This document shows, in pieces, positions 53,122 to 61,333 of a stretch of 61,333 nt of DNA (the first letter of the stretch is position 1; each line of letters starts with the position of its first letter). The notes below the pieces were generated by a model that worked only from the letters and a program-made list of their open reading frames with translations, was not told the origin of the DNA and did not search any database. The stretch covers positions 1-61,333 of the forward strand of contig CAYMQG010000104.1 in NCBI GenBank assembly GCA_964392625.1, in the 5' to 3' direction. This stretch comes from an uncultured Gammaproteobacteria bacterium (GTDB lineage: Bacteria; Pseudomonadota; Gammaproteobacteria; Steroidobacterales; Foliamicaceae). The position numbers and the translations under genes are program-made.

Positions 53122-54528
53122 TCAATCCGCCGCTGGCCCACCGCGCATGGCGTCGGGCTGAATCTTCCACTCGGCGCCCAGCGGAGGCGTGACGCGCAAT
53201 TCGCTGCGGGGCAATTCCTCGAGCTTCCCGCAGAAGTCGTACGGATAGGCCTGGGCCCGCGCCAACGCCCACAGCGGATTCTCGTGCGCATTGAACGCCA
53301 CGTATTCCCAGACGACTTCACCCCCGTCCGGGTGATTCTCGTCCGGACGCACCTGGAAGATCCTCCCGGTGTTGTCTTCCGAAATCAACGTGTTGCCGTT
53401 CGGAAGGCGCTGGACCGAACCACGGGAGCGGCTGAAAAACCGCCATGAACGGCCGGACGCTTCGTATTTCCAGACAATCCTGTTCTCAACCGGATCGATC
53501 TCGACGATCAGTGTCTTGCCGATGTGGTCCTCGTTCGGCGAATAGGCCCCGTTGTCGAAGACCAGGAAGTTTCCCGCGCCAGGCAGGCCCTTGGGGATCA
53601 TGTGTGCTTCGTGCTGGCCCGCCAGGCCGCCGAGATACCTGTGACCCCCCTTGTAGGTGATCTCACCCGTGTCCCGGCTGATTACCCAGAAATTCGGAAG
53701 ATTGCGCGTGTTGTAGATGACATTGCCGGGCTTGAACCGCTCATCGCCCGCGTCATACCACTTGTTTTCGGGCACCGCCCGAACGGAGTTGCCGTGCGAC
53801 CAGTCGATGATTCGGCGCCAGGCCGGCGCAAAGTCGTTGATGTCGATATGGTCGTGCGCGGCCCATTTCCATGTCACCTCGCCTTCGCGGGTGACGTACA
53901 CCAACTCATCGCCGATGAGTTGCACGCCCTTCCGGCGAATCCGGCCGAAGTAGGGCCAGTCCACGTCCACCACCGTATCCAGAATTTCCTGCGGTACGGG
54001 CAGGCTGTACATCGCAAGCAGCTCGCCGTTGGGCAAGAGTTCGAAATCATGGTGCAGGTAGTGGGACTGTTGATCGCTAAGCCGGCCTCCGACGCCCCGC
54101 TGGTCCGGTCGCCATCGCCAGATCTCCTCGCTGTCCCAGCCATACTCGACGATGTGATTGATTCCTTCTTCCTCGCTCTCCTCGATCATCATCAAGCTGC
54201 AGTTCGGCTGCAGCCGATAACGTTGCCAGGTACCCACGTTCCACTCGTGGACGACGTTGCCGTTCATGTCCAGCAAACGGGCCCGGTCCGGTTCGCGCAC
54301 GACTTCTTCCGAAGCCCCGTAGTTGGTGACCAGCGGCAATAGCAAATAGCTGTTGTAGGCCTTGTCGGGGTCGTAGCGGGTTACGCCGGTCGGATACACG
54401 GAAGGGAAGGCGTGCGCGATTCCCGAACGGTCCGCTCCCGGGATTTCCGCGATCAGGAGCAGCGACAGCGCCACAACGACGCTGGAAACGTAGGTAAACG
54501 CCGATTTCAGCGGTTTGGTCGGGACCAT
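53122..54528 (-). CDS. Aryl-sulfate sulfotransferase (ASST, PAPS-independent)-like beta-propeller protein
   Basis: N-terminal signal/anchor, then HHDFELLPNGELL and IDWSHGNSV blocks resembling the ASST family. ATG 54528 is preceded by an AGGAG RBS. Confidence 0.5.
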   Translation of the reverse strand: MVPTKPLKSAFTYVSSVVVALSLLLIAEIPGADRSGIAHAFPSVYPTGVTRYDPDKAYNSYLLLPLVTNYGASEEVVREPDRARLLDMNGNVVHEWNVGTWQRYRLQPNCSLMMIEESEEEGINHIVEYGWDSEEIWRWRPDQRGVGGRLSDQQSHYLHHDFELLPNGELLAMYSLPVPQEILDTVVDVDWPYFGRIRRKGVQLIGDELVYVTREGEVTWKWAAHDHIDINDFAPAWRRIIDWSHGNSVRAVPENKWYDAGDERFKPGNVIYNTRNLPNFWVISRDTGEITYKGGHRYLGGLAGQHEAHMIPKGLPGAGNFLVFDNGAYSPNEDHIGKTLIVEIDPVENRIVWKYEASGRSWRFFSRSRGSVQRLPNGNTLISEDNTGRIFQVRPDENHPDGGEVVWEYVAFNAHENPLWALARAQAYPYDFCGKLEELPRSELRVTPPLGAEWKIQPDAMRGGPAAD

Positions 54529-54704
54529 CTCGAAAGCTCCTGGATCATGCAAGGCCGTGGTGAAGCGTAATCTTTTTTTCGTCGCTCCGGCAGCGCCTGC
54601 GCCGTATGCGATAATGATTTCGGAAACAATAATTGTATTGAAGAATGATTGAAAATACCAACCACTTGGCGTAATCTCGCTGGCCGGCAACAGCAATCCA
54701 GAGC

Positions 54705-55601
54705 ATGAACGCAACAAGCCAGCAGGCGGGACCCGATGTCCGGTTCGAGGCCGGCCTCACCATCGTTCGTTACGACAAGGACGGGAGGACCGGCTACGGC
54801 ATCCTCGAGAAGGGCCGGGTAACTTCGATCCAGGGCGATATATTCGGCGAGTTCACCGCGGGCGACCGGCACTTTCCGCTCGACGAGGTAGTCCTGCTTG
54901 CCCCCATCGAGCCCAGAAAGGTCTACGGCGTGGGCATGAACAGCCACGGCTACCGGCAATATCGAATGGGCGCCGAGTATCCGGAGGCTGATCCTGCCGA
55001 GCCCCCGGTATTCGAGAAGTCCGGTTCGGCCATAACCGGCCCGCATAGCCATTTGCTCGTGCAGGAAGGAATGACCGGCATTTCCGGAAGCCCGGAACTG
55101 GCCGTGATCATGAAACGCCACGCGAGCGGGATTGCCGAGGATGAAGTGGACGACTACATACTCGGGTATTCGGCATCTTTCGACGCGATGTATCCGGAAG
55201 TCGCGATCAGGGACATGCTGGCGGCCAAGGACTTTCCCACTTCCTGCCCGCTTGGTCCCTGGATAAAGACTTCGCTGGATACCAGCGATCTCGAGGTGTC
55301 ACTGAGCGTCAACGGAAAGGTGTATCACCAGGGATTCACCAGGGACTTCATCTACGATATTCCGCGCGTCGTCAGTTTCCTCTCCTCACGTTACGTCCTC
55401 GAGCCGGGCGACGTCGTTCTGATGGGCGCGATGGGCAGGGAGGCCCACGTGGACGGCAAGTCCGCGGACTTCGTGGATCGATTCACCGACCTCGGGGAAC
55501 TCCGGCCGGTTGCCTACCCGAAATACCAGCCGGGCGACCGGCTTGTCGTGCGCGTTCAGGGCGTGGGAGAACTGCCGTTCAGCGTTTCCCGGTCGGAATA
55601 G
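54705..55601 (+). CDS. Fumarylacetoacetate hydrolase (FAH) family protein
   Basis: Reads ...LLAPIEPRKVYGVGMNSHGY..., PELAVIMKR..., DFIYDIPRVVSFLSSRYVLEPGDVVLMG, the typical FAH-fold C-terminal domain. Confidence 0.7.
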   Translation: MNATSQQAGPDVRFEAGLTIVRYDKDGRTGYGILEKGRVTSIQGDIFGEFTAGDRHFPLDEVVLLAPIEPRKVYGVGMNSHGYRQYRMGAEYPEADPAEPPVFEKSGSAITGPHSHLLVQEGMTGISGSPELAVIMKRHASGIAEDEVDDYILGYSASFDAMYPEVAIRDMLAAKDFPTSCPLGPWIKTSLDTSDLEVSLSVNGKVYHQGFTRDFIYDIPRVVSFLSSRYVLEPGDVVLMGAMGREAHVDGKSADFVDRFTDLGELRPVAYPKYQPGDRLVVRVQGVGELPFSVSRSE

Positions 55602-55607
55602 CGCCTG

Positions 55608-56909
55608 TCAGGACAGCCAGTTCGGCAGAAACGTGATGATTCCCGGCACCAGCAGCAACAGCATCACGAGGAGAAAATCCGCCGCCAGGAACGGGGCGAT
55701 CCCACGGAAGATCGTCCCCACCGGCACGTCCGGCGCGACACTCTTGACCAGATAGACCGCCATGCCTATCGGCGGCGTGATCAGGGCAATCTCCATCGCC
55801 CGGATGATGATGATCGCGAACCAGATGCCCTCGAAGCCCAGCGCCTGGGCGACGGGAAAGAACACCGGCACGGTGAGGGCCATCATGCCGGTCGTGTCCA
55901 GCACCGCGCCAAGCAACAGGTAGATCAGGAAGATCGCCAGAATCGCCAGCAGCGGCGCCACGTCCAGCTCCACGATCGACTCGCTGATCGCTGCGGGGAT
56001 TCCGGTGGCGGTCATGAACGAGGTCATCATGAAAGCGCCGATGAAGATCGCGTACAGAAATCCCGTGGTCTTGAGGGTGGCGACGATCGCGGCCTTTAAT
56101 TTCGCAATAGTCAGGCGCTTACGAATCAGCGCGAACGCCAGGGCCCCCGACGCGCCCACGGCGCCCGCCTCGGTGGGCGTGAACAAGCCGCCCACCAACC
56201 CTCCGAGCACCAGCGCCATCAGTAGCACGACTTCGCCGACGACCTTCAGCGAGGAAAACCGCTCGGCCCAGGAGTATCTGCGCCCCGGCGGGCCGAGCGA
56301 CGGCCGCCAGCTGCACAGCAGGAAAATCGTCGCCATGTAGAAGATAGCTTCGAGGATTCCGGGGACCAGGCCGGCCAGGAATAGCTTGCTGATCGAAAGT
56401 TCGGTCAGCAGGCCCAGCACGATCAGCATGCCGCTTGGCGGTATCAGGCTGCCGATCGTTCCTCCCGCCGCAATGCTTCCGGTGGCGAGGGCGGGGCTGT
56501 AGCGATACTTCCTCATCTCGGGCAGCGAGACGAGGCCCATGGTCGAGACGGTTGCGACGGAAGAGGCGCTGACCGCGGCAAAGCCCGCGCAGCCTCCCAC
56601 TGTCGCCATCGCCAGGCCCCCGCGTTGATGGCCCAGCCACTTTGCCGCCACTTCGTACAAGTCCTTTCCCATGCCCGACTGAAACATCACGTGCGCCATG
56701 AGGATGAACAAGGGCAACACTCCGAAGGTGAAGCTCGAAATGGTGTCGAAGGCAATGTTGGCAAGCTTGGCGAAGGCCGCCTCGGGCGAGAGCAGGTAGG
56801 CGAAACCGCAAAAGGCTACCAGGCCCATGCTGAAGGCGATGGGCAACCGCAGCAGGATCAGCCCGAAAAGCAGGACGAATGCGATCAGGCCCGTCTCAAT
56901 CGGACTCAT
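55608..56909 (-). CDS. dctM: TRAP transporter large permease
   Basis: 433 aa, polytopic. It follows the small permease gene with a 14-nt overlap. Confidence 0.8.
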   Translation of the reverse strand: MSPIETGLIAFVLLFGLILLRLPIAFSMGLVAFCGFAYLLSPEAAFAKLANIAFDTISSFTFGVLPLFILMAHVMFQSGMGKDLYEVAAKWLGHQRGGLAMATVGGCAGFAAVSASSVATVSTMGLVSLPEMRKYRYSPALATGSIAAGGTIGSLIPPSGMLIVLGLLTELSISKLFLAGLVPGILEAIFYMATIFLLCSWRPSLGPPGRRYSWAERFSSLKVVGEVVLLMALVLGGLVGGLFTPTEAGAVGASGALAFALIRKRLTIAKLKAAIVATLKTTGFLYAIFIGAFMMTSFMTATGIPAAISESIVELDVAPLLAILAIFLIYLLLGAVLDTTGMMALTVPVFFPVAQALGFEGIWFAIIIIRAMEIALITPPIGMAVYLVKSVAPDVPVGTIFRGIAPFLAADFLLVMLLLLVPGIITFLPNWLS

Positions 56910-57387
56910 TACGGTCGTCCTCCAGTGCATGCAGCTTCCATGCCGCCAGCCAGACGGCAACACCGCAACAAACGGCCACCCACATCCAGCGCAGCGGCGC
57001 TACCGATATGCCGAGGACTTCCGTGTATTCGCCCAGCCGGGTGTTCCTGAGCGCGACAAGGGCGCCGGCCCAGGCCACGACACACCAGTAGAGCGCGCCT
57101 GCGAGGGCCATCGCGATTGCAATTCGACGCCGGTGTGCATTGGGGTACCGGTCCACGACGAAGTCGATCGCGACATGCGCCCCGGACAGCGTTGCGCAGA
57201 GCACCGCCGTGCCGGCAATGATCGGAATGATCAGTTCGGCCAGTTCATAGCTTCCGGGAATGATCTGGCCGGTCAGGCGGAACATGACATTGCCTACGAT
57301 CAGGACCAGGAGACCCACGAGAGCGACCCCTCCCGCGTAGGCGACCAGATTGACCAGCCGCTCCCGAGCGCTCCCTGAAAAATTCAC
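56896..57387 (-). CDS. dctQ: TRAP transporter small permease
   Basis: 163 aa with 4 hydrophobic helices. It lies between the dctP-like and dctM-like genes. Confidence 0.75.
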   Translation of the reverse strand: MNFSGSARERLVNLVAYAGGVALVGLLVLIVGNVMFRLTGQIIPGSYELAELIIPIIAGTAVLCATLSGAHVAIDFVVDRYPNAHRRRIAIAMALAGALYWCVVAWAGALVALRNTRLGEYTEVLGISVAPLRWMWVAVCCGVAVWLAAWKLHALEDDRNESD

Positions 57388-58406
57388 CGGGCTTTCTGCT
57401 CGAGCCGATGCCTGACCTGCGCCAGCATGACGGTGCCGGGCAGGGACCGCGCATCAAGTTCCCGGGCAATTCTGTCGCCTTCTTCAGCAAGGTTGTCCGC
57501 GTAGCTGCGAAGGTCCGCCGGCGCCAGTTCAATGAACTCGATGCCGATTTCACGGGCGTGCTCCAGACCCCTTTGCTCAACAGCCGCGACCTCGTCCACG
57601 ATGCGATCCGCCCACCACGCTGCACTGTCCGCCATCAGCTTGCGCAGTTCCTCCGGCAGCCGATTCCAGGCGTTCAGGTTGATCGCTCTGGAAGGGTAGG
57701 GAGGCCGTGGATTGGGCAGCAGCGTGATGTAGCGGATCATCTCGTCGAAATTGAGGCTTACGAGCGTGTCCGCCGGGGAAACGGCGCCGTCGAGGATGCC
57801 CCGGCTCAGCGCGAAATACGCTTCGCTCATCGGCATTGCCACAGCGTCCACGCCCAGGCGCCGAAGCGCCGTTACCTTTTCGGCCGTTGATTTCAGCCGC
57901 AATCCCCGCAAGTCATCCAGGCTTCGCACCGGTTTGGCCGTGGTCATGACGAACATCGGACTAAGGCTGTTTGCAGCCAGCACGACCACGCCGGCAAATT
58001 CCTCGCGAAGTGCGGCATGTTCAGCCCACAACTCCCAGAATATCGGCTCCGTGATCTTGCGGTCGAATATGCCGCCGTAGAAAGCCAGCGAGCCGCGTGT
58101 GAGGTGCATGCCGGCCCGCGAGACTACCGGCGAAATCACACCGATGTCGGCAACGCCCGCAGCCAGCTCATGAACGGTGTGCGCCCGCCCCACGAGTGTT
58201 CCGTTCCAGTAGGCCTCGAACTGAAGACTTCCGTCGCTTTCCTTCGTCATCCTGTCCATCCAGGCCCGATCGGCGCGGCTGAAAGGCGCGTTCATCCCGT
58301 ACGGCGAAGCGAAACGCAGCAAATGCACTTCATCGGCGGCGACCGACGGAGCGCTCAGCAAGAACAACAGGAGCGTTGCGGCAGATTTTGGGAAAAACGA
58401 GGGCAT
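57384..58406 (-). CDS. dctP: TRAP transporter substrate-binding protein
   Basis: Signal peptide MPSFFPKSAATLLLFLLSAPSVAA. 340 aa. First gene of the P-Q-M order. Confidence 0.75.
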   Translation of the reverse strand: MPSFFPKSAATLLLFLLSAPSVAADEVHLLRFASPYGMNAPFSRADRAWMDRMTKESDGSLQFEAYWNGTLVGRAHTVHELAAGVADIGVISPVVSRAGMHLTRGSLAFYGGIFDRKITEPIFWELWAEHAALREEFAGVVVLAANSLSPMFVMTTAKPVRSLDDLRGLRLKSTAEKVTALRRLGVDAVAMPMSEAYFALSRGILDGAVSPADTLVSLNFDEMIRYITLLPNPRPPYPSRAINLNAWNRLPEELRKLMADSAAWWADRIVDEVAAVEQRGLEHAREIGIEFIELAPADLRSYADNLAEEGDRIARELDARSLPGTVMLAQVRHRLEQKAR

Positions 58407-58409
58407 CGC

Positions 58410-60047
58410 TTAACGACCGTAATTTGCGGGCTGAAGCAGTCGGAAGGCCGAGGCCTCGCTGCCCGTCTCGCATGGAATCTCTATCACGACCGGGCCCCGC
58501 TTCGAATCTTCCAATGCTCCCTGTAACCGGTCGCCCAGTTCGGCGGGTGAATTCACCCGGTGGGCCCGGGCGCCGAAGCTTTCGGCCAGCGTTACGAAGT
58601 CGGGATTGGTCAGCTCGGAGCCGAATACCCGCCCTTCGTAGAATTCAATCTGGTCCCTTCTGACATTTCCGAAGGCGTTGTTGTTGAAGATCAACGTGAT
58701 CAGCCCGACCTTGTATTGCACCGCCGTTGCAAGTTCCTGAACGCCGTACATGAACCCTCCGTCTCCGGCAATTGATACGACCGTGCTGTGGGGATTGGCG
58801 ATCTTGACGCCGATGCCGGTCTGAAAGCCATGTCCAAGATTACCCTGATAGCCGCCGGTCACGAGTTTTCCCGGTTCATAAACGGGGAATCCATACCATG
58901 CGGTGAAGCCTACCTGGGAGATCTCCTCGACGACGAAGGCGTCTCTTGGCAGTACTTCCCGCATGATGTCCAGGTAGGACATCTGCGGCTGTACCTGCTG
59001 GATCTCGCGCCAGGCTTCAGCCTTGACCGCCTCGAATTCGGCTTCAAGGGACGGACGGTCGCCTGGATCATCGCCGAGTTCCTTCAACAGCGCCTGCAAG
59101 GCGAGCCTTGAGTCCGCAACGAGACCGAGATCGGCTCGCAAGCGAACGGATTGCGTGGGATCGATGTCAATCCGTATCAGTTGAATCGTTGCAATGCCTT
59201 CCTGCCATCGAAACGCCGGAAGTTCGAGGCGGCTACCTATGCCGATCATCAGGTCGGATTCGGCATAGTACTTGTATCCCGCCACGCAATTGAATCCGTA
59301 CGGAGTGTCGTCTCCGACAATGCCCCGGCCTCCGCGAAAGGACGTGACCGGGGCCTGAATCAAGGTTGCCAGCCTGGCCACCTCGCTTTTGGCATGTATT
59401 GCGCCGGTACCCACGTACAGCATCGGGCGCTTGGCCCTGCGAATCATGTCCGCCGCCGCCTTGATCGCGCTGGGGTCGGGTTCAATTGCGACGTCGGGCG
59501 ATACGGAATTCATCGGCTCCACTTGCGATGTCTGTCCCAGAACATCCATGGGCACTTCCAGGGCCACCGGCTGGATGCGCCCGCTGGTCAACTGCCGGAA
59601 CGCCTCTCCCACCAGGGCCGGCGCCTCCGCTGGGTGATTGATTCGTGCAGCCCACTTGGTAAGCGTCCGCAGCGTGTTGAGCTGATCCGGCAATTCATGC
59701 AGCATTCCATGCCCCACGCCAACGAAGGCGCTGGGTACCTGTCCGGCAATGCAGAGGACCGGAGTGTTGTGGGCAGTGCACAGGCCGGCGGTGGAGTTCA
59801 GGACTCCCGGTCCGGGCACCACACAGTAAACGCCGACCTTGCCCGTGGACTTGGCATAGCCGAAGGCCATGTAGGCCGCGCCCTGCTCATGGCGCGTAAC
59901 GAATGTCCGGATTCGTTCCCGGTTCTTGTACAGCGCATCGAACAGGGCGTATGTTTGCGCGCCGGGGATGCCGAAAACAGTATCGACTCCGCCCCGGATA
60001 AGGCTTTCGACGATGGCTTCCGCGCAAGTCTGCGTTGTCGCACTCAT
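58410..60047 (-). CDS. Thiamine-diphosphate-dependent enzyme (acetolactate synthase / sulfoacetaldehyde acetyltransferase / benzoylformate decarboxylase family)
   Basis: The N-terminus AEAIVESLIRGGVDTVFGIPGAQTYALFDAL...RHEQGAAYMAFGYAK and the TPP-binding motif IAGDGGFMY...NNNAFGNV are both present. Confidence 0.8.
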   Translation of the reverse strand: MSATTQTCAEAIVESLIRGGVDTVFGIPGAQTYALFDALYKNRERIRTFVTRHEQGAAYMAFGYAKSTGKVGVYCVVPGPGVLNSTAGLCTAHNTPVLCIAGQVPSAFVGVGHGMLHELPDQLNTLRTLTKWAARINHPAEAPALVGEAFRQLTSGRIQPVALEVPMDVLGQTSQVEPMNSVSPDVAIEPDPSAIKAAADMIRRAKRPMLYVGTGAIHAKSEVARLATLIQAPVTSFRGGRGIVGDDTPYGFNCVAGYKYYAESDLMIGIGSRLELPAFRWQEGIATIQLIRIDIDPTQSVRLRADLGLVADSRLALQALLKELGDDPGDRPSLEAEFEAVKAEAWREIQQVQPQMSYLDIMREVLPRDAFVVEEISQVGFTAWYGFPVYEPGKLVTGGYQGNLGHGFQTGIGVKIANPHSTVVSIAGDGGFMYGVQELATAVQYKVGLITLIFNNNAFGNVRRDQIEFYEGRVFGSELTNPDFVTLAESFGARAHRVNSPAELGDRLQGALEDSKRGPVVIEIPCETGSEASAFRLLQPANYGR

Positions 60048-60195
60048 GATCTTTACTGGCTTGCAGATTGCGTGCGCAACCTGAGGTTCACCCGGAAGCC
60101 TGATTCAATTGACCCTGCTGAATTAGTTTATTGGATAAACAATTGTAATTCCATACCGTTGGAGGATTGCGGCCGCTCGAATCGCGCGGCCTCCC

Positions 60196-60218
60196 GGGAA
60201 GCGAGGGCATGTCCCTCG
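60196..60218. repeat. REP-like element GGGAAGCGAGGGCATGTCCCTCG, related and opposite in orientation to the copies at 61271-61316
   Basis: GGAAGCGAGGGC (60197-60208) is the exact reverse complement of 61303-61314. It also contains its own short hairpin, CGAGGG-N5-CCCTCG. Confidence 0.5.
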
Positions 60219-60244
60219 CGGCGTCCGGCCTTCCGCGAAGACGC

Positions 60245-60487
60245 TCAGGAGAAGAAACGAACGGCGACCAATGCCGTGAACAGAATACCCAAGGCCACGT
60301 ACAGTCGATTGGTTAACCGTGCTTCAAGTTGTGAAACTGCCGTCGTCAAATCCTTGTTTGTAACGTGATCTTCGTTACGTAGCTGCATGGCCCGCGCCAC
60401 TGCCTTCGCTTGCTCAGGCGGCATCCCCGCGTCCTGAAATTCCTCCGCGGCTTTCAGACTGTCAAAAACGCTCTGGGTCATACGCAA
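60245..60487 (-). CDS. DUF1640/CCDC90-like small coiled-coil protein with a C-terminal TM helix
   Basis: 80 aa. Carries FDSLKAAEEFQDAGMPPEQAKAVARAM...LEARLTNRL followed by a hydrophobic tail. Confidence 0.5.
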   Translation of the reverse strand: MRMTQSVFDSLKAAEEFQDAGMPPEQAKAVARAMQLRNEDHVTNKDLTTAVSQLEARLTNRLYVALGILFTALVAVRFFS

Positions 60488-60602
60488 AATGAAGGCATGT
60501 GCTCCTGATTCTAAACGTCATTATTCAGAATGCCCATCGAGAAATAGCCATCGAAAGGCCATAATTTGCGGATTAATTGGATTGGGGGATGGCCGACAGC
60601 GT

Positions 60603-61238
60603 GTGAACGAGAAGAGTGTGTGCAGCGTCCCGCATTGGGCTGAGGCGTGCGAAGCGCTGATTCGCGCCGACCCGGTGCTGGCAAGGCTCGTCCGGGCCGC
60701 CGGGGGATCCGTGCTGCAGCCGCGCAACGACGCGTTCTATTCGTTGTCGCGCTCCATCGTCGCGCAGCAGATCTCCGTTCATGCCGCGGAGGCCGTGTGG
60801 CAGAGGCTGCTCAGAGCAATAGGCGACTTGACGCCTGGCGTGGTTTGCAATCAAACGGAGGACGCGATGCGCGCGTGCGGCCTGTCGCGGCGCAAGGCGT
60901 CCTACCTCGTGAACCTGGCGGAGCAATTCAGGGACGGCGCCCTTGTCGGCAAGTCATGGAATCGCATGGACGACGAGGAGGTCATCGACACGCTGGTCGA
61001 AATCAGGGGCATCGGCCGCTGGACGGCGGAGATGTTCCTGATCTTTCACCTGCTGCGGCCGGACGTGCTTCCGGTCACCGACATCGGCATCCAGAAGGCC
61101 ATCGCGCGCCACTACAACGCCGGCGAGCGCCTGAACGCCGATGAAATGACCGCCATTGCGGAGCCCTGGCGCCCCTGGCGATCCGTCGCCTCCTGGTACC
61201 TGTGGCGCAGCCTGGATGCGATCCCCGTGGAATACTGA
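60603..61238 (+). CDS. HhH-GPD DNA glycosylase (DNA-3-methyladenine glycosylase II, AlkA-like)
   Basis: Hairpin-helix motif LVEIRGIGRWTAEMFLIF and catalytic-Asp region VLPVTDIGIQKAI. The start is uncertain: GTG 60603, or the listed 60489. Confidence 0.75.
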   Translation: MNEKSVCSVPHWAEACEALIRADPVLARLVRAAGGSVLQPRNDAFYSLSRSIVAQQISVHAAEAVWQRLLRAIGDLTPGVVCNQTEDAMRACGLSRRKASYLVNLAEQFRDGALVGKSWNRMDDEEVIDTLVEIRGIGRWTAEMFLIFHLLRPDVLPVTDIGIQKAIARHYNAGERLNADEMTAIAEPWRPWRSVASWYLWRSLDAIPVEY

Positions 61239-61243
61239 TCCGG

Positions 61244-61266
61244 GAGCGAAGGCGTCTCGCCTTCGC
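61244..61266 (+). terminator. Stem-loop AGCGAAGGCG-TCT-CGCCTTCGCT immediately after the alkA-like stop; no T-tract
   Basis: Perfect 10-bp complementary arms beginning 6 nt after TGA 61236-61238. The lack of a U-run makes intrinsic termination uncertain. Confidence 0.35.
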
Positions 61267-61267
61267 T

Positions 61268-61319
61268 GAGGGCGGGACGCCCTCGCTCCCAGGGGGCGGG
61301 ACGCCCTCGCTTCCAGGGG
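61268..61319. repeat. Two tandem copies (24-nt period) of the REP-like palindromic unit GGCGGGACGCCCTCGCT(C/T)CCAGGG
   Basis: Copies start at 61271 and 61295. Each contains the hairpin GAGGGCG..CGCCCTC. The reverse complement (GGRAGCGAGGGCGTCCCGCC) resembles 61242-61261 and 60197-60217. Confidence 0.6.
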
Positions 61320-61333
61320 GCGTATGATCGGGG

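Noticed and set aside
54610-54618. GATAATGAT, a perfect match to the first 9 nt of the Fur-box consensus, in the ASST/FAH divergent region.
   Set aside because: Only a half-site matches; the following 10 nt do not fit the consensus. In an AT-rich patch this is likely chance.
60196-61319. Inverted REP-like copies considered as the terminal inverted repeats of a MITE or transposon carrying the DUF1640 and alkA-like genes.
   Set aside because: There is no transposase and no recognisable target-site duplication. The repeats are short, hairpin-forming and partly tandem, which fits REP elements better than mobile-element ends.
1-61333. A search of the whole window for rRNA, tRNA, CRISPR arrays, integrases or transposases, prophage genes, or a dedicated anti-phage defence island.
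   Set aside because: None was recognised by eye. The only TA-type or defence-like element is the VapBC pair. tRNAscan, Infernal and CRISPR-finder runs would be needed to exclude small RNAs formally.

Overview
This is a high-GC bacterial window with about 54 protein-coding genes. The host looks Gram-negative: there are two TonB-dependent receptors, TRAP and ABC periplasmic uptake systems, and lipobox lipoproteins. I recognised no rRNA, tRNA, CRISPR array, transposase or phage gene. All family calls come from reading motifs in the supplied translations; no database search was possible.

The main feature is the first ~9.7 kb, a compact sterol-biosynthesis cluster resembling the eukaryotic pathway. 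In order it contains:
- an SDR/3beta-HSD-like gene (SdmB-like) whose 5' part is rearranged;
- a Rieske oxygenase (SdmA-like);
- an ERG4/ERG24-type sterol reductase;
- CYP51;
- one uninterrupted 1135-codon ORF fusing an ERG1-type squalene epoxidase to an oxidosqualene cyclase;
- a convergent ERG6-type sterol C-24 methyltransferase;
- a divergent EBP/EXPERA-like membrane protein, a candidate delta8-delta7 isomerase.

The plus-strand genes are joined by overlapping stop and start codons. The cluster is followed by a lower-GC VapBC toxin-antitoxin pair.

The remaining ~50 kb is oxygenase-rich accessory metabolism:
- two paralogous VanA-like Rieske oxygenases, one HpaB-type and two HsaA-type flavin monooxygenases, two FAD aromatic-hydroxylase-type monooxygenases, a KstD/fumarate-reductase-like flavoprotein, two ALDHs, two SDRs, and PqqC/CADD-like, PrpD-like and FAH-like enzymes;
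- uptake systems: two TBDRs, a Dpp/Opp-type ABC system whose binding-protein gene lies ~10.6 kb from its permease genes, a TRAP system and two MFS transporters;
- a sulfatase / aryl-sulfotransferase / MarR module;
- REP-like palindromic repeats at the 3' end.

No ferredoxin or reductase partner for any of the oxygenases is visible in the window.
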